Below are positions 31,166 to 40,695 of a stretch of DNA of 64,000 bases, one piece after another (position 1 is the stretch's first letter; every line of letters starts with the position of its first letter). Source of the DNA: an uncultured Pseudobdellovibrionaceae bacterium. Its GTDB lineage: Bacteria; Bdellovibrionota; Bdellovibrionia; Bdellovibrionales; UBA1609. The notes under the pieces are model-generated. The model saw only the letters and a list, made by a program, of their open reading frames with translations, was not told the DNA's origin and made no database searches. The stretch spans positions 37,881 to 101,880 of the forward strand of contig CAWDNU010000005.1 of assembly GCA_963803705.1 (NCBI GenBank). The letters are read 5' to 3'. The translations under genes and the position numbers were made by a program.

Positions 31166-31849
31166 GTGGATCCAACAGCAGTTCAAATGCACTCATGCGA
31201 AATGTATGATTTTTTTATATCTAAAGCTTTTTGTGAGGGTGGAGTTGTCATGTACTTCATCGCTTTCATTGGACTATTATCATTATTTTTAATTATTGAA
31301 AGGTTTATAGCGTTGGGTCGGAACACAGTAAAAAAACAACCTGTTATTGAAAATTTAAAGAGCATGCTTTTGCGCGGAGACATCAGACAAGCCATCACTT
31401 TTTGCGATACGAAGAAAACGCCACTTACGAACACTCTTCAAGCTGGACTAATCCAAGTGATGAACAAAAGACCCGATGAAGAAGTACAAGTAGCGATGGA
31501 CGCGGCTGTCTTAAGAGAAACTCCAAAATTAGAAGGTTGGGTTTCATTTCTAGCAGTGTTTGGTAATATTTCAGTTCTCATAGGGTTGTTCGGAACTATC
31601 ATTGGTATGATCAAGTCTTTTGGTGCAGTTTCTAAATCTGACGCCGCCACTAAAGCCACTCTTCTATCTAGAGGTATAGCTGAGGCTCTAAACTGTACTG
31701 CAGGCGGTCTTCTAGTCGCCATCATATGTATTGTTTTTTACGGATTTTTCCAGATTAAAATTTCAAGAGCCATTAATGATATGCTTGAGACAAGCATGGA
31801 TTTGATGAATTTGGTGGTTTCCAATAGAGACAAGATTTCTAACTCTTAG
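31166..31849 (+). CDS. aglR: MotA/TolQ/ExbB proton-channel protein (AglR-like)
   Basis: LIGLFGTIIGMIKSF and GIAEALNCTAGGL; AGGAGG RBS. Confidence 0.85.
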   Translation: MDPTAVQMHSCEMYDFFISKAFCEGGVVMYFIAFIGLLSLFLIIERFIALGRNTVKKQPVIENLKSMLLRGDIRQAITFCDTKKTPLTNTLQAGLIQVMNKRPDEEVQVAMDAAVLRETPKLEGWVSFLAVFGNISVLIGLFGTIIGMIKSFGAVSKSDAATKATLLSRGIAEALNCTAGGLLVAIICIVFYGFFQIKISRAINDMLETSMDLMNLVVSNRDKISNS

Positions 31850-31867
31850 TATTAAGGTTGTAGTTTA

Positions 31868-32344
31868 ATGGCTCACATAGATGACGGAAAAGGCGAACGA
31901 AGTGCAAATGTCGATTTGAACATCGTTCCTGTGATTGATTTAATGAGTGTACTTATTGTATTCTTGTTGATCACCGCTGTTTGGAACCAGATATCAATGA
32001 TTCAGCTTGCCACATCAGTCTATGGCAAAAAGTCCGATGACCAACAGGTGCAAGAAAAAAAACCCGATGATTTGGATATTCCTTTAAGACTAGACATCAA
32101 AGTCGATAGCTACGTTTTAGTATTCAAAGATCAATCTACCAGGATTGCCAACTTTGAAGGGGACTACGATACAAAAACTTTAGCAGAAGAGCTAAAGCGC
32201 ATAAAGTCTGCTTTCCCAAATAAGACCGATATCGTTATTTCAGTAGATGATGAGATCAGTTATGGAAGTTTGGTGAAGGGAATGGATGTGGCCATCACGG
32301 GCGAGTTTCCTCAAGTTTCAATTGCGACAGGCGGAGCAGAGTAA
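31868..32344 (+). CDS. aglQ: ExbD/TolR-family protein (AglQ-like)
   Basis: LNIVPVIDLMSVLIVFLL with the conserved Asp. Confidence 0.8.
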   Translation: MAHIDDGKGERSANVDLNIVPVIDLMSVLIVFLLITAVWNQISMIQLATSVYGKKSDDQQVQEKKPDDLDIPLRLDIKVDSYVLVFKDQSTRIANFEGDYDTKTLAEELKRIKSAFPNKTDIVISVDDEISYGSLVKGMDVAITGEFPQVSIATGGAE

Positions 32345-32949
32345 TGGCGATCTATACTCCAGGTAAAAGAACCAGGCATGGAAAGAGAAAATCTGGTTCT
32401 AGAAGTGTTGTTTTTGTGCTTTCGCTAACTGCTATGGTTGATATGTTTACTGTATTGGTTGTTTTCTTGCTTCAAAATTATCAGATTACGGGGCAGACCT
32501 TAGATCTGCGGGAAGGGGTGACCCTGCCACAGGCTTCTGCGGTTCGTGAATTGCAACCCTCAAATGTTGTGGTGGTTGGAAAAGAGTTTATAGAGCTAAA
32601 CGACAACAAAATAGCCTCTTTTCCAGTTATTAGGGAAAGTAATGACTGGTTAATTATTCCCCTTAGAGACGCAATTAAAGAAGAGCTCAAGCTGCAGAAA
32701 AGTAAAATAGAGGGATCCTTGTCATTGCAGGTTCAAGCAGAAGTTTTACAAGCCCAAGCTGGCGAGACTGGCAAAGTTGTGATGAACAATTATCGGCAAA
32801 TTACTATTCAAGCAGATGAAAATATAGATTTATTAAGCTTAAAAAAAATTATGTACACCATTGTTGAAGCTGGTGGCGGACCAATTAACTTCGCAGTTTT
32901 AAAGAAAGATAAGCCTTCCCAGGTCGAATCTGCCACATCTTCATTCTAA
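32344..32949 (+). CDS. aglS: ExbD/TolR-family protein (AglS-like)
   Basis: LSLTAMVDMFTVLVVFLL and ITIQAD; TAATG coupling to the previous gene. Confidence 0.8.
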   Translation: MAIYTPGKRTRHGKRKSGSRSVVFVLSLTAMVDMFTVLVVFLLQNYQITGQTLDLREGVTLPQASAVRELQPSNVVVVGKEFIELNDNKIASFPVIRESNDWLIIPLRDAIKEELKLQKSKIEGSLSLQVQAEVLQAQAGETGKVVMNNYRQITIQADENIDLLSLKKIMYTIVEAGGGPINFAVLKKDKPSQVESATSSF

Positions 32950-33041
32950 ATTCAAAATTATCCAATCATATTAGTGAGAAAGAGCTGGGCGCTTTATGTC
33001 AATAGTGTGTTTAAGCTCGTATTTAGCTATACTAAATTCAA

Positions 33042-34670
33042 ATGAAAAATGACTATGATAAACCGGTTAGGCCGTTATTTAAAAAAGTATTATTTGGTAT
33101 CAGAGACTATAACATCACTTTAGTAATATACACCTTTGCGGTGGGCTTACTTAGTTTAGCCACGCCGATAACAGTGCAGTCTGTGGTCAACACTTTTTCT
33201 CTAAGTACGGATATCCAACCGCTTATTAACTTAAGTTTTATGCTCTTTGTGTTACTTATCGTCTACGGAATTCTAAGGGGCTTTCAATATATTACTGTGG
33301 AATTAATGCAACAAAGGATGGTAGCTCAACTATCAGCAGCTGTTGCAAAAAGAGTTATACTGGGACCCAGGCATAGCTTTCAAACCCATAACGTCAGAGA
33401 AAAAGTAAACAGATTCTTCGAGATTATTTCCATTCAAAAAACAGTCGCACTATTGGTAACTGATGGGTTGTCGATCGGAGCTCAAACTTTTATAGGTCTT
33501 ATTTTGTTATCTTTATACCATCCCTTTTTTATCCCTTTTAACATAGCTTTAGCTGCAATAGTCATAGTGATAGTTAGATATTATAATAGTGAAGCTAAAA
33601 TAACAGCTATTCAAGAATCGGGTGCCAAATTCGCCTTCGCAGGTTATTTGCAAGATATAGCGATGACTGAATCAAGAATCCAAAGTGAAACTTTGTCTTT
33701 GAAGTTTATCAATCATGCTGATGGTTTAATCCATAACTATATCAATTTTAGAAAAAAACACTTTAGAATACTTTTTTCAGAAACGATTATATTTTTAACT
33801 TTGTATGCTCTCGTTAATGCTGTGCTATTGGGACTTGGCGGGTACTTGATAATTGTAGGGCAACTGTCAGTTGGTCAGCTTGTAGCCGCTGAAATTATTA
33901 TTAACGGTATCTCAATTCAATTTGCATATTCAATGAAACACCTACAGCTTTACTACGATCTTTATGCAAGCTGTGACAAGCTTTCGTGGTTATTAGATTT
34001 AGATGAGGTTCCTGTGAAAGGGTCAGGAAAATGTGAAGAACTGATCCAAGATGGTAAGCCAGTGTCTTTTGAGTTTAGAAATATTGTTCTAGGTTTTGAA
34101 GAAAAGGCTGAGCTTAACTTGAAAATTGAACCAGGGTCTTACTACAAATTTCTATATAATGACTCTAGGGTAAAAGAGCAGTTCATTAGTTACCTTCTGA
34201 AAAATGAAGATGTTTTGTCAGGAGATATTCGAGTTCAAGATATAAGTTATAAAGATTTGCTTAGTTTAGAAGTTAGAAATTTAGTTCACACTATCGATGA
34301 GCCTATAATTTTTGACGGCACTATTAGACACAATTTATTTGACTTCGAAAAGACTGCTAAACAATCGGAGCTTTACGAAGCATTAAAATTCTTTGGACTG
34401 GATGAAATCGTTTTAGCTCTTCCTAATAAACTTGAAGAACACATTCATGGCGCTTCAAATCTTTTAAGTTATGCCCAGAAGTACAAGTTGAACCTGGTCC
34501 GAATCTACTTACGAAAGCCCAAATTGCTAATTATTCAAGCTGGTAAAGACCTTTTTTCAGATAAGGCTTTACTCAATTACTTAGATGCATTTCAGGATAT
34601 AGGCTGCACAGTGTTGTTCAACGTACATGATGAAACCTTAAAACAAGTGTTTAAAATAACGAAGTTTTAA
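33042..34670 (+). CDS. ABC exporter (TMD plus degenerate NBD) of a type I secretion-like system
   Basis: LSLATPITVQSVVN, LSVGQLVAAE and IFDGTIRHNL; Walker A, Walker B and LSGGQ motifs degenerate. Confidence 0.85.
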   Translation: MKNDYDKPVRPLFKKVLFGIRDYNITLVIYTFAVGLLSLATPITVQSVVNTFSLSTDIQPLINLSFMLFVLLIVYGILRGFQYITVELMQQRMVAQLSAAVAKRVILGPRHSFQTHNVREKVNRFFEIISIQKTVALLVTDGLSIGAQTFIGLILLSLYHPFFIPFNIALAAIVIVIVRYYNSEAKITAIQESGAKFAFAGYLQDIAMTESRIQSETLSLKFINHADGLIHNYINFRKKHFRILFSETIIFLTLYALVNAVLLGLGGYLIIVGQLSVGQLVAAEIIINGISIQFAYSMKHLQLYYDLYASCDKLSWLLDLDEVPVKGSGKCEELIQDGKPVSFEFRNIVLGFEEKAELNLKIEPGSYYKFLYNDSRVKEQFISYLLKNEDVLSGDIRVQDISYKDLLSLEVRNLVHTIDEPIIFDGTIRHNLFDFEKTAKQSELYEALKFFGLDEIVLALPNKLEEHIHGASNLLSYAQKYKLNLVRIYLRKPKLLIIQAGKDLFSDKALLNYLDAFQDIGCTVLFNVHDETLKQVFKITKF

Positions 34671-34711
34671 GAAATTAGAGTATTTAGATTTTTACCGTTG
34701 CTGAGGAATAA

Positions 34712-35797
34712 ATGTTAAAAGCCTTAAAAGATTTAAACAATTATAAAGACTTTTCGTCGGTGCAACGAATTTTTTTGCCTCGTCCGATAAAAGTTTTATC
34801 TCGTTTGCTATTTACATCACTGATATTTATTTCAGTAAGTTTTGTCGTTGTGCCTTGGAGACAAACCTCTAAAGGCACCGGTCGTGTGATAGCTTTTGAT
34901 CCCAACGAGCGAATTCAAATGATTACTGCACCTGTCACAGGCGTTTTAGAAGAATGGTTGGTTAACGAGGGTCAAATAGTTAAAAAAGGTGAACCCTTAG
35001 TGAGAATAGTTGATAATGACCCAAATTACTTGGACCGCTTGAAGCTAGAAAGAGATGCGGCTATAAAAAGTTACGAAGCTGCAAGGTCGGCGACTGAAGC
35101 TTCACTTTCAAATTATCAACGACAACGATCACTTGAAAAAGAGGGATTAAGTTCAAGAAAAGACGTAGAGCTAGCGAAGATTACATACCAAAAGCTAATC
35201 GCTACAGAGGCTGAAGCAGCTTCTAAACTAGCACAAAAGGAAGTTAAATTTTCTAGGTGGCAAACACAAATTGTGATTGCACCGGCAGATGGAACCTTGT
35301 TAAGAATTATGACTGGCTCAGGTGCAGTTAACATCGCTCAAGGTCAGGACTTAGCTTATTTTGTGCCCGACACAAAGGAACCTGCTGCAGAAATATTTGT
35401 ACAAGCCAATGACATGCCTTTAATCTCTGTAGGAAGAAAAGTAAGATTACAGTTTGAAGGCTGGCCCTCGGTTCAGTTTAGTGGATTTCCTTCCGTAGCC
35501 ATTGGTAGTTTTGCCGGTATCGTAAAAGCGGTAGACCCATCCGTTTCTGACCTTGGTTTATTTAGAGTATTAGTAGTTCGAGATCCATCTAGTGAGCAGC
35601 CATGGCCAAGCCAAATCTTTCTAAGACAAGGTACCCGTGTTGTTGGGCTAGTGCTGTTAGACACGGTAGCACTGGGCTTTGAATTGTGGCGCCAAGTAAA
35701 TGGTTTTCCAAAGTCTATGAATGTAAACAATCAAGATAGTTTTTTTTATAACAAGAAACCTAAAAAAAGAATTAAGATAAAAGCGAAAGAAGAATAA
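34712..35797 (+). CDS. HlyD-family membrane fusion protein
   Basis: VPWRQT, lipoyl half-motif VNEGQIVKKGEPL, APADG and VRLQFEGWP. Confidence 0.9.
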   Translation: MLKALKDLNNYKDFSSVQRIFLPRPIKVLSRLLFTSLIFISVSFVVVPWRQTSKGTGRVIAFDPNERIQMITAPVTGVLEEWLVNEGQIVKKGEPLVRIVDNDPNYLDRLKLERDAAIKSYEAARSATEASLSNYQRQRSLEKEGLSSRKDVELAKITYQKLIATEAEAASKLAQKEVKFSRWQTQIVIAPADGTLLRIMTGSGAVNIAQGQDLAYFVPDTKEPAAEIFVQANDMPLISVGRKVRLQFEGWPSVQFSGFPSVAIGSFAGIVKAVDPSVSDLGLFRVLVVRDPSSEQPWPSQIFLRQGTRVVGLVLLDTVALGFELWRQVNGFPKSMNVNNQDSFFYNKKPKKRIKIKAKEE

Positions 35798-35810
35798 CGA
35801 TGGATCACAA

Positions 35811-37220
35811 ATGTATTTAATCATTTTCATTTCAGCATCTTTTTTCACAAACTTTTGCCATGCACTAAATGAAGTGGTGTCAGTCAGTGATGTGGTGAAT
35901 TCTACATTCGATCACCACCCTTTGATTCTTTCTCAGCTAAAAACCTTCGAAGAGTCTGAAAATTATTTACTTCGTAATAGAGGCGAATTCGACTTAAACC
36001 TGAAGTCCACTGGACAGGCCTACACTGACGGTTACTACGATGGTAAAGCTTTTAATGTTTTTCTTGAAAAACCGTTATATTATATGAATGCAAAAGCTTA
36101 TGGTGGCTACAGGCAGTCTGATGGGGAATTCCCGGTATATTACAATCAACTTATCACACAAAATCAGGGTGAAATATTTGCAGGCGCAGTCGTATCACTT
36201 CTTCGAGACAGAGACATTGACCGAAAGCGATTCAAGCTTTTGGTTTCTAAACAAAATCTAGTTCAATCTGAACTCGAACTTAGACGCACTTACATAGAGC
36301 TTCAGACTATGGCGGCTCAAGCCTATTACAAGTGGCTTGCAAATTTAGAAAAAGTTAGGGTTCTAAAAGAAATTTTAAGTTTAGCTGAAAGCCGAGTCCA
36401 AAATTTTTCCACCCGAATTAGAAAAGGGGATCTGGCTAAAATTTACGGCGTAGAAAACGAACAGTATATATTAAAGCGAAAGTACCAGCTTAATTCATCC
36501 TTACAAACTCTGTACGTCTCCGCGGTATATTTATCCCTATTTTTAAGAGACAAAAATGGTACACCTATTATTTTGAAACCAACAAATCCGTCGATTGCTT
36601 CTGGGCTGAAAGATCAAAAATTTAAGTCTCGAAAAGATTTGCTATCTGTGGTCAACTCACAAGATTTAAACATCAGAACTTTACAAAGCCAAAGATTGCA
36701 GGCTGAAGCAGATAGAAAAATGGGTTCCAATGACTTAATGCCCAAGCTGGATTTGAAGTATGAAATTAGTGATGATCAGGGTACCGGACCGAACACTTTA
36801 GACCCCGTTGAGCAGCAGGTATTTTTAAATTTGGAAATTCCAATAGAGCGTCGATTTGGAACAGGTAGAAAAAACGCAGCAAAAGCCAAAATCGAAGCCC
36901 TAAAATTTAAAATACAATTTAAACTCGAAAAGAATAGAATTCTTGTTATGTCTTTACTCAATAGTTTAAAGCTATTTAGGGCCAATTACAATTTAACTAA
37001 AAGAGAGGTCACGCTTGCCGATCGTCTTAGAAAAGCAGAAGTGATTAAATTTAACAAAGGAGCTAGTGACTTTATTCTAGTGAACTTGCGTGAAGAGAAT
37101 TTGTCAGAAAGCAGGATCAAAAATTTGACAGCCTTTCTTGACTATAACTCAAACTTTATAGAGCTTCAAAGGCTTGCAGTTGATTTCATAGTTCCACCGA
37201 AAACAAATGGCACTGAGTAA
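35811..37220 (+). CDS. TolC-family outer-membrane channel
   Basis: Signal peptide, HHPLI, LMPKLDL and FNKGASDFILVNLRE. Confidence 0.85.
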   Translation: MYLIIFISASFFTNFCHALNEVVSVSDVVNSTFDHHPLILSQLKTFEESENYLLRNRGEFDLNLKSTGQAYTDGYYDGKAFNVFLEKPLYYMNAKAYGGYRQSDGEFPVYYNQLITQNQGEIFAGAVVSLLRDRDIDRKRFKLLVSKQNLVQSELELRRTYIELQTMAAQAYYKWLANLEKVRVLKEILSLAESRVQNFSTRIRKGDLAKIYGVENEQYILKRKYQLNSSLQTLYVSAVYLSLFLRDKNGTPIILKPTNPSIASGLKDQKFKSRKDLLSVVNSQDLNIRTLQSQRLQAEADRKMGSNDLMPKLDLKYEISDDQGTGPNTLDPVEQQVFLNLEIPIERRFGTGRKNAAKAKIEALKFKIQFKLEKNRILVMSLLNSLKLFRANYNLTKREVTLADRLRKAEVIKFNKGASDFILVNLREENLSESRIKNLTAFLDYNSNFIELQRLAVDFIVPPKTNGTE

Positions 37221-37308
37221 CTACTTTAAGTAGTGTAATACTTTGCAGTTGATAAGCAAATTCTAGTAAGGCCCTTAAAAACCAAGAAAGCTTTTTTTGT
37301 AACAAATA

Positions 37309-37344
37309 CAGGTAGATATCCAGGTTAATATCCAGGCAAGTATC
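37309..37344. repeat. Three 12-bp direct repeats CAGG-N4-TATC
   Basis: CAGGTAGATATC CAGGTTAATATC CAGGCAAGTATC, upstream of azlC. Confidence 0.6.
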
Positions 37345-37421
37345 TCGGTTGGTGCAGCCGGCCTTTTACCACTGCTGTAAGATTCGTAGCCTTTTCGATA
37401 ATTTTATATTATTAACATAAA

Positions 37422-38177
37422 ATGTTTTCTAACGGTTTTAAATCAATGCTTCCAATCACTAGCGGTATTCTGCCATTTGGTTTAGTCATGGGAACAGTTT
37501 ATCACCATGCAAAAGTTACTTTGGTTCAGGCTGCAGGTATGAATGTGTCTGTCTTTGGCGGTGCTGCTCAATTAGCGGTTATAGACTTGATGCTCTATAA
37601 AACCAGCATTCTAATTATTATTATTACGGGTCTAATCATCAATCTTAGATTCATGTTGTATAGCGCTGACTTTGCTCCGTATATACAAAACTCTAGTTTC
37701 TGGGTACGAATTTTCTGCACCTTCCACTTAACTGATCAGACTTATGCAGTTTTGAAAGCTAACGAAAGTCATTTCAAAACTAGTGTTGAAGCTGTGCAAT
37801 TTTTTATGGGCTCTTGTGTGTGCATGTTGATTGCTTGGCATGGTTCAGTGTTAGTAGGATTTGTGTTTGGAAACTTTTTGCCTCAAAATCTATCTTTGGA
37901 TTACGCTATCCCACTAAGTTTTGTAGCTCTTGCGATGCCAACTATGAAAAATAAAAAATACATAATTGTAGCTATTCTAGCAGCCACTTTAGCCGTTATC
38001 CTAAAACCCCTACCCTACAATTTAGGTCTTTTGATTGCCACTTTTATATCGCTAAGTTTCGCAACGTATTTAACCAGAAGAAGTTCTACACTTGAGACTT
38101 CACAAACAAAAGATGAAGATGATTTAGAATTTATCCTAAATGTCGATTTAAAGTCTAAGACAGAGAATCTTGAATGA
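37422..38177 (+). CDS. azlC: AzlC-family branched-chain amino acid exporter
   Basis: PFGLVMG, FGGAAQL, INLRFMLYS and LTDQTYA. Confidence 0.9.
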   Translation: MFSNGFKSMLPITSGILPFGLVMGTVYHHAKVTLVQAAGMNVSVFGGAAQLAVIDLMLYKTSILIIIITGLIINLRFMLYSADFAPYIQNSSFWVRIFCTFHLTDQTYAVLKANESHFKTSVEAVQFFMGSCVCMLIAWHGSVLVGFVFGNFLPQNLSLDYAIPLSFVALAMPTMKNKKYIIVAILAATLAVILKPLPYNLGLLIATFISLSFATYLTRRSSTLETSQTKDEDDLEFILNVDLKSKTENLE

Positions 38178-38497
38178 TTAATGTAAATTACTTTTGGATT
38201 TGTACAATAATATTAGCTTTAGGTACCTTTGTGATTAGGGGATTGATGGTTTTTTTATCTTCGAAACTAAAAATATCCGCTCGGTTTAAAGAGGTCTTGT
38301 CATTTATCCCGGCGTCAATACTACCTGCAATGGTCGCACCCATGGTTTTTTATCATCAGGGCCAGGTCGAGTGGATGGCTTGCAAAGAAAGGTTAGTCAT
38401 TTTGCTTTTAGCTACAGTCTTCTGCTTTTATGTTAGAAATATGCTTTTAACTTTGGGTTTCGGACTTGGCTTATTGTTTTTATTAAATCAACTTTAA
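38174..38497 (+). CDS. azlD: AzlD-family protein
   Basis: GTFVIR and LSFIPASILPAMV; ATGA overlap with azlC. Confidence 0.85.
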   Translation: MINVNYFWICTIILALGTFVIRGLMVFLSSKLKISARFKEVLSFIPASILPAMVAPMVFYHQGQVEWMACKERLVILLLATVFCFYVRNMLLTLGFGLGLLFLLNQL

Positions 38498-38545
38498 ACA
38501 GAATTTAAAGTTGATTTAATAAAAACAATAAGCCAAGTCTGAAGA

Positions 38546-40675
38546 CTAACCAATTTCTGAAAGCTTGAGTCTATTTTTCTGAAGCTCGATAAGTTTCTTT
38601 ATCTTGGCATTTTTTGCATCTTTAAGATCGGGGTCGCTTTCAAAAATTTCAAACGCTTTTTCTTTGGCAAGTTCAAGCAAGTTTGTGTTTTGACCTAATT
38701 TCGCAAATTTAAACAAGGGTAAGCCAGACTGTTTGGAGCCAAGAAATTCACCTGGCCCCCTTATCTGTAAATCAAATTCGGCAATCTCAAAACCATCATT
38801 ACTTTTTACCATCATGTGTACGCGCTCTTTTGCTAATGCCGAAATAGCGTTTCCCATAACTAGAAAACAGTGGCTTTCATAGGCACCACGTCCAATTCGA
38901 CCTCTTAATTGGTGAAGCTGGGATAAACCAAATCGTTCTGCGTTTTCGATAACCATTATGCTAGCGTTGGGCACATCAACTCCGACTTCGATTACTGTCG
39001 TGGAAACAAGAATTTGAATTTTATTACATTTAAAACTTTCCATCACAGATTCTTTCTCGTCACTTTTCATTCGTCCATGAAGTAAGCCAACTTTAAATTC
39101 AGAAAAAACAGACTTAAGTTTTTCAAATTCTTCGGTAGCGTTTTTAAGATCTAGAGTTTCACTATCTTCAATTAAAGGATAAACAATATAAGTCTGTCTG
39201 CCGCTAGCTATGTGTTTTTTTATATATGGATAAAGCTCACTCTTTTGTGAGCTATAAATTTGTTTTGTTTGTATCAACTTTCGACCAGGGGGAAGTTCAT
39301 CAATAATTGAAACGTCTAGGTCACCAAAAACGCTCATGGACAGCGTTCGGGGTATTGGTGTTGCTGTCATAATCAAAAAATGAGGAATAAGGCTTTTGTT
39401 TTTAAGCTTTTGCCTTTGCGCTACTCCGAAGCGATGTTGTTCGTCTACGATAACTAACCCTAGATTTTTAAAAGTTACAGAGTCTTCAATCAATGCATGA
39501 GTGCCGACACAAAATTGGATTTTACCGGATGCAAGTTTCTCCAACACATCTAATTTGTTTTTTGTCTTTTGTGAGCCAGATAAATATCCGCACTCAATGC
39601 CCAAGGGCTCAAGAAGTTTTTTTGCAGTCATCAGGTGCTGTTCTGCTAAAATTTCTGTAGGTGCCATCAACGTCACTTGGTAGCCATTGTCTATCGCATA
39701 AACAGCTGCAATTAGGGCGACCAGCGTTTTTCCTGAGCCAACGTCACCTTGCACTAAACGGTGCATTGGTGTGCTTTTCTTTAAATCTGACAGCACTTCT
39801 TTAACAGTCCTTTCTTGGGCCCTTGTTAACTTAAAAGGTAAAGCGGATCTAAGACTTGCAATGCTCTTAGATTCTTGAAGCATTGGAACACTTTTACTTT
39901 TTTTCCTGAACTGTTTTTTGTAAGCACACAAAAGTTCCATTTCAAAGAACTCATTGAAAATAAGTCTGTAGTGGTAAGGTGTCTTAAAGTCATGATAATT
40001 ATATTTTTCTATAAAAGCTGGATAATGGATATTTTGTAGAGAATCTTTAAATTCAGGCAACTTTAAATCTTGTTTTAACCATTCAGGTAGTGGATCATGG
40101 CTCAAAAGTTTATCTTTTACAGATTCTAAATCTAACTCCGAAAGTGCTAAATGCCTGAAGGCTGTATCCACCAAAGATCTAATTTTTTTCTGAGTCAAAC
40201 CCTCAGTCTCTGAGTAGACGGGTACTAACTTGTTTTCTTGAATAGTTTCTTCGTCTTCTTTAATAATTTCAATATCTGGATGGTGAAATTGCTTTTGACC
40301 AGAGTAATTAGTAACGGTCCCTATAATATATACTGGTGTCAAAGGTAAAAAATTATTGAAGTAACCCTTAAAAGGTAATCTGAAAAACTTGCACACTATA
40401 GTGCCGGTTTCATCCTTAACTAAAAGTTCATAAATTTTTCTTTTTCCACCGCGAATAGCAAATTGTTTTGATTTTAAGACTTGTGCTTTTAACTTAACGG
40501 TTTCACCAACTTCAAGATTTTCAATTTTACGATTTAGCCTTTGGTCTTCGTAGGCACGAGGTATATACTCTACTAAATCTTTAATGTTATAAATGCCTTT
40601 TTTACGAAGTCTATCGCCCAGTGCTGGGCCTACCCCTTTTAAAAACTGAATGGGAGTGTATAAATCTAAAGACAA
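38546..40675 (-). CDS. recG: ATP-dependent DNA helicase RecG
   Basis: LKGVG, QGDVGSGKT, DEQHRFG, TATPIPR and QLHQLRGR. Confidence 0.97.
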   Translation of the reverse strand: MSLDLYTPIQFLKGVGPALGDRLRKKGIYNIKDLVEYIPRAYEDQRLNRKIENLEVGETVKLKAQVLKSKQFAIRGGKRKIYELLVKDETGTIVCKFFRLPFKGYFNNFLPLTPVYIIGTVTNYSGQKQFHHPDIEIIKEDEETIQENKLVPVYSETEGLTQKKIRSLVDTAFRHLALSELDLESVKDKLLSHDPLPEWLKQDLKLPEFKDSLQNIHYPAFIEKYNYHDFKTPYHYRLIFNEFFEMELLCAYKKQFRKKSKSVPMLQESKSIASLRSALPFKLTRAQERTVKEVLSDLKKSTPMHRLVQGDVGSGKTLVALIAAVYAIDNGYQVTLMAPTEILAEQHLMTAKKLLEPLGIECGYLSGSQKTKNKLDVLEKLASGKIQFCVGTHALIEDSVTFKNLGLVIVDEQHRFGVAQRQKLKNKSLIPHFLIMTATPIPRTLSMSVFGDLDVSIIDELPPGRKLIQTKQIYSSQKSELYPYIKKHIASGRQTYIVYPLIEDSETLDLKNATEEFEKLKSVFSEFKVGLLHGRMKSDEKESVMESFKCNKIQILVSTTVIEVGVDVPNASIMVIENAERFGLSQLHQLRGRIGRGAYESHCFLVMGNAISALAKERVHMMVKSNDGFEIAEFDLQIRGPGEFLGSKQSGLPLFKFAKLGQNTNLLELAKEKAFEIFESDPDLKDAKNAKIKKLIELQKNRLKLSEIG

Positions 40676-40695
40676 TTTTAGCTCCGATATTTTTT

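Noticed and set aside
34012..34035. VKGSGKC as the Walker A motif of the ABC exporter
   Set aside because: It lies in the TMD-NBD linker before the first NBD strand, not at the P-loop position, and lacks the GxxGxGK[ST] form.
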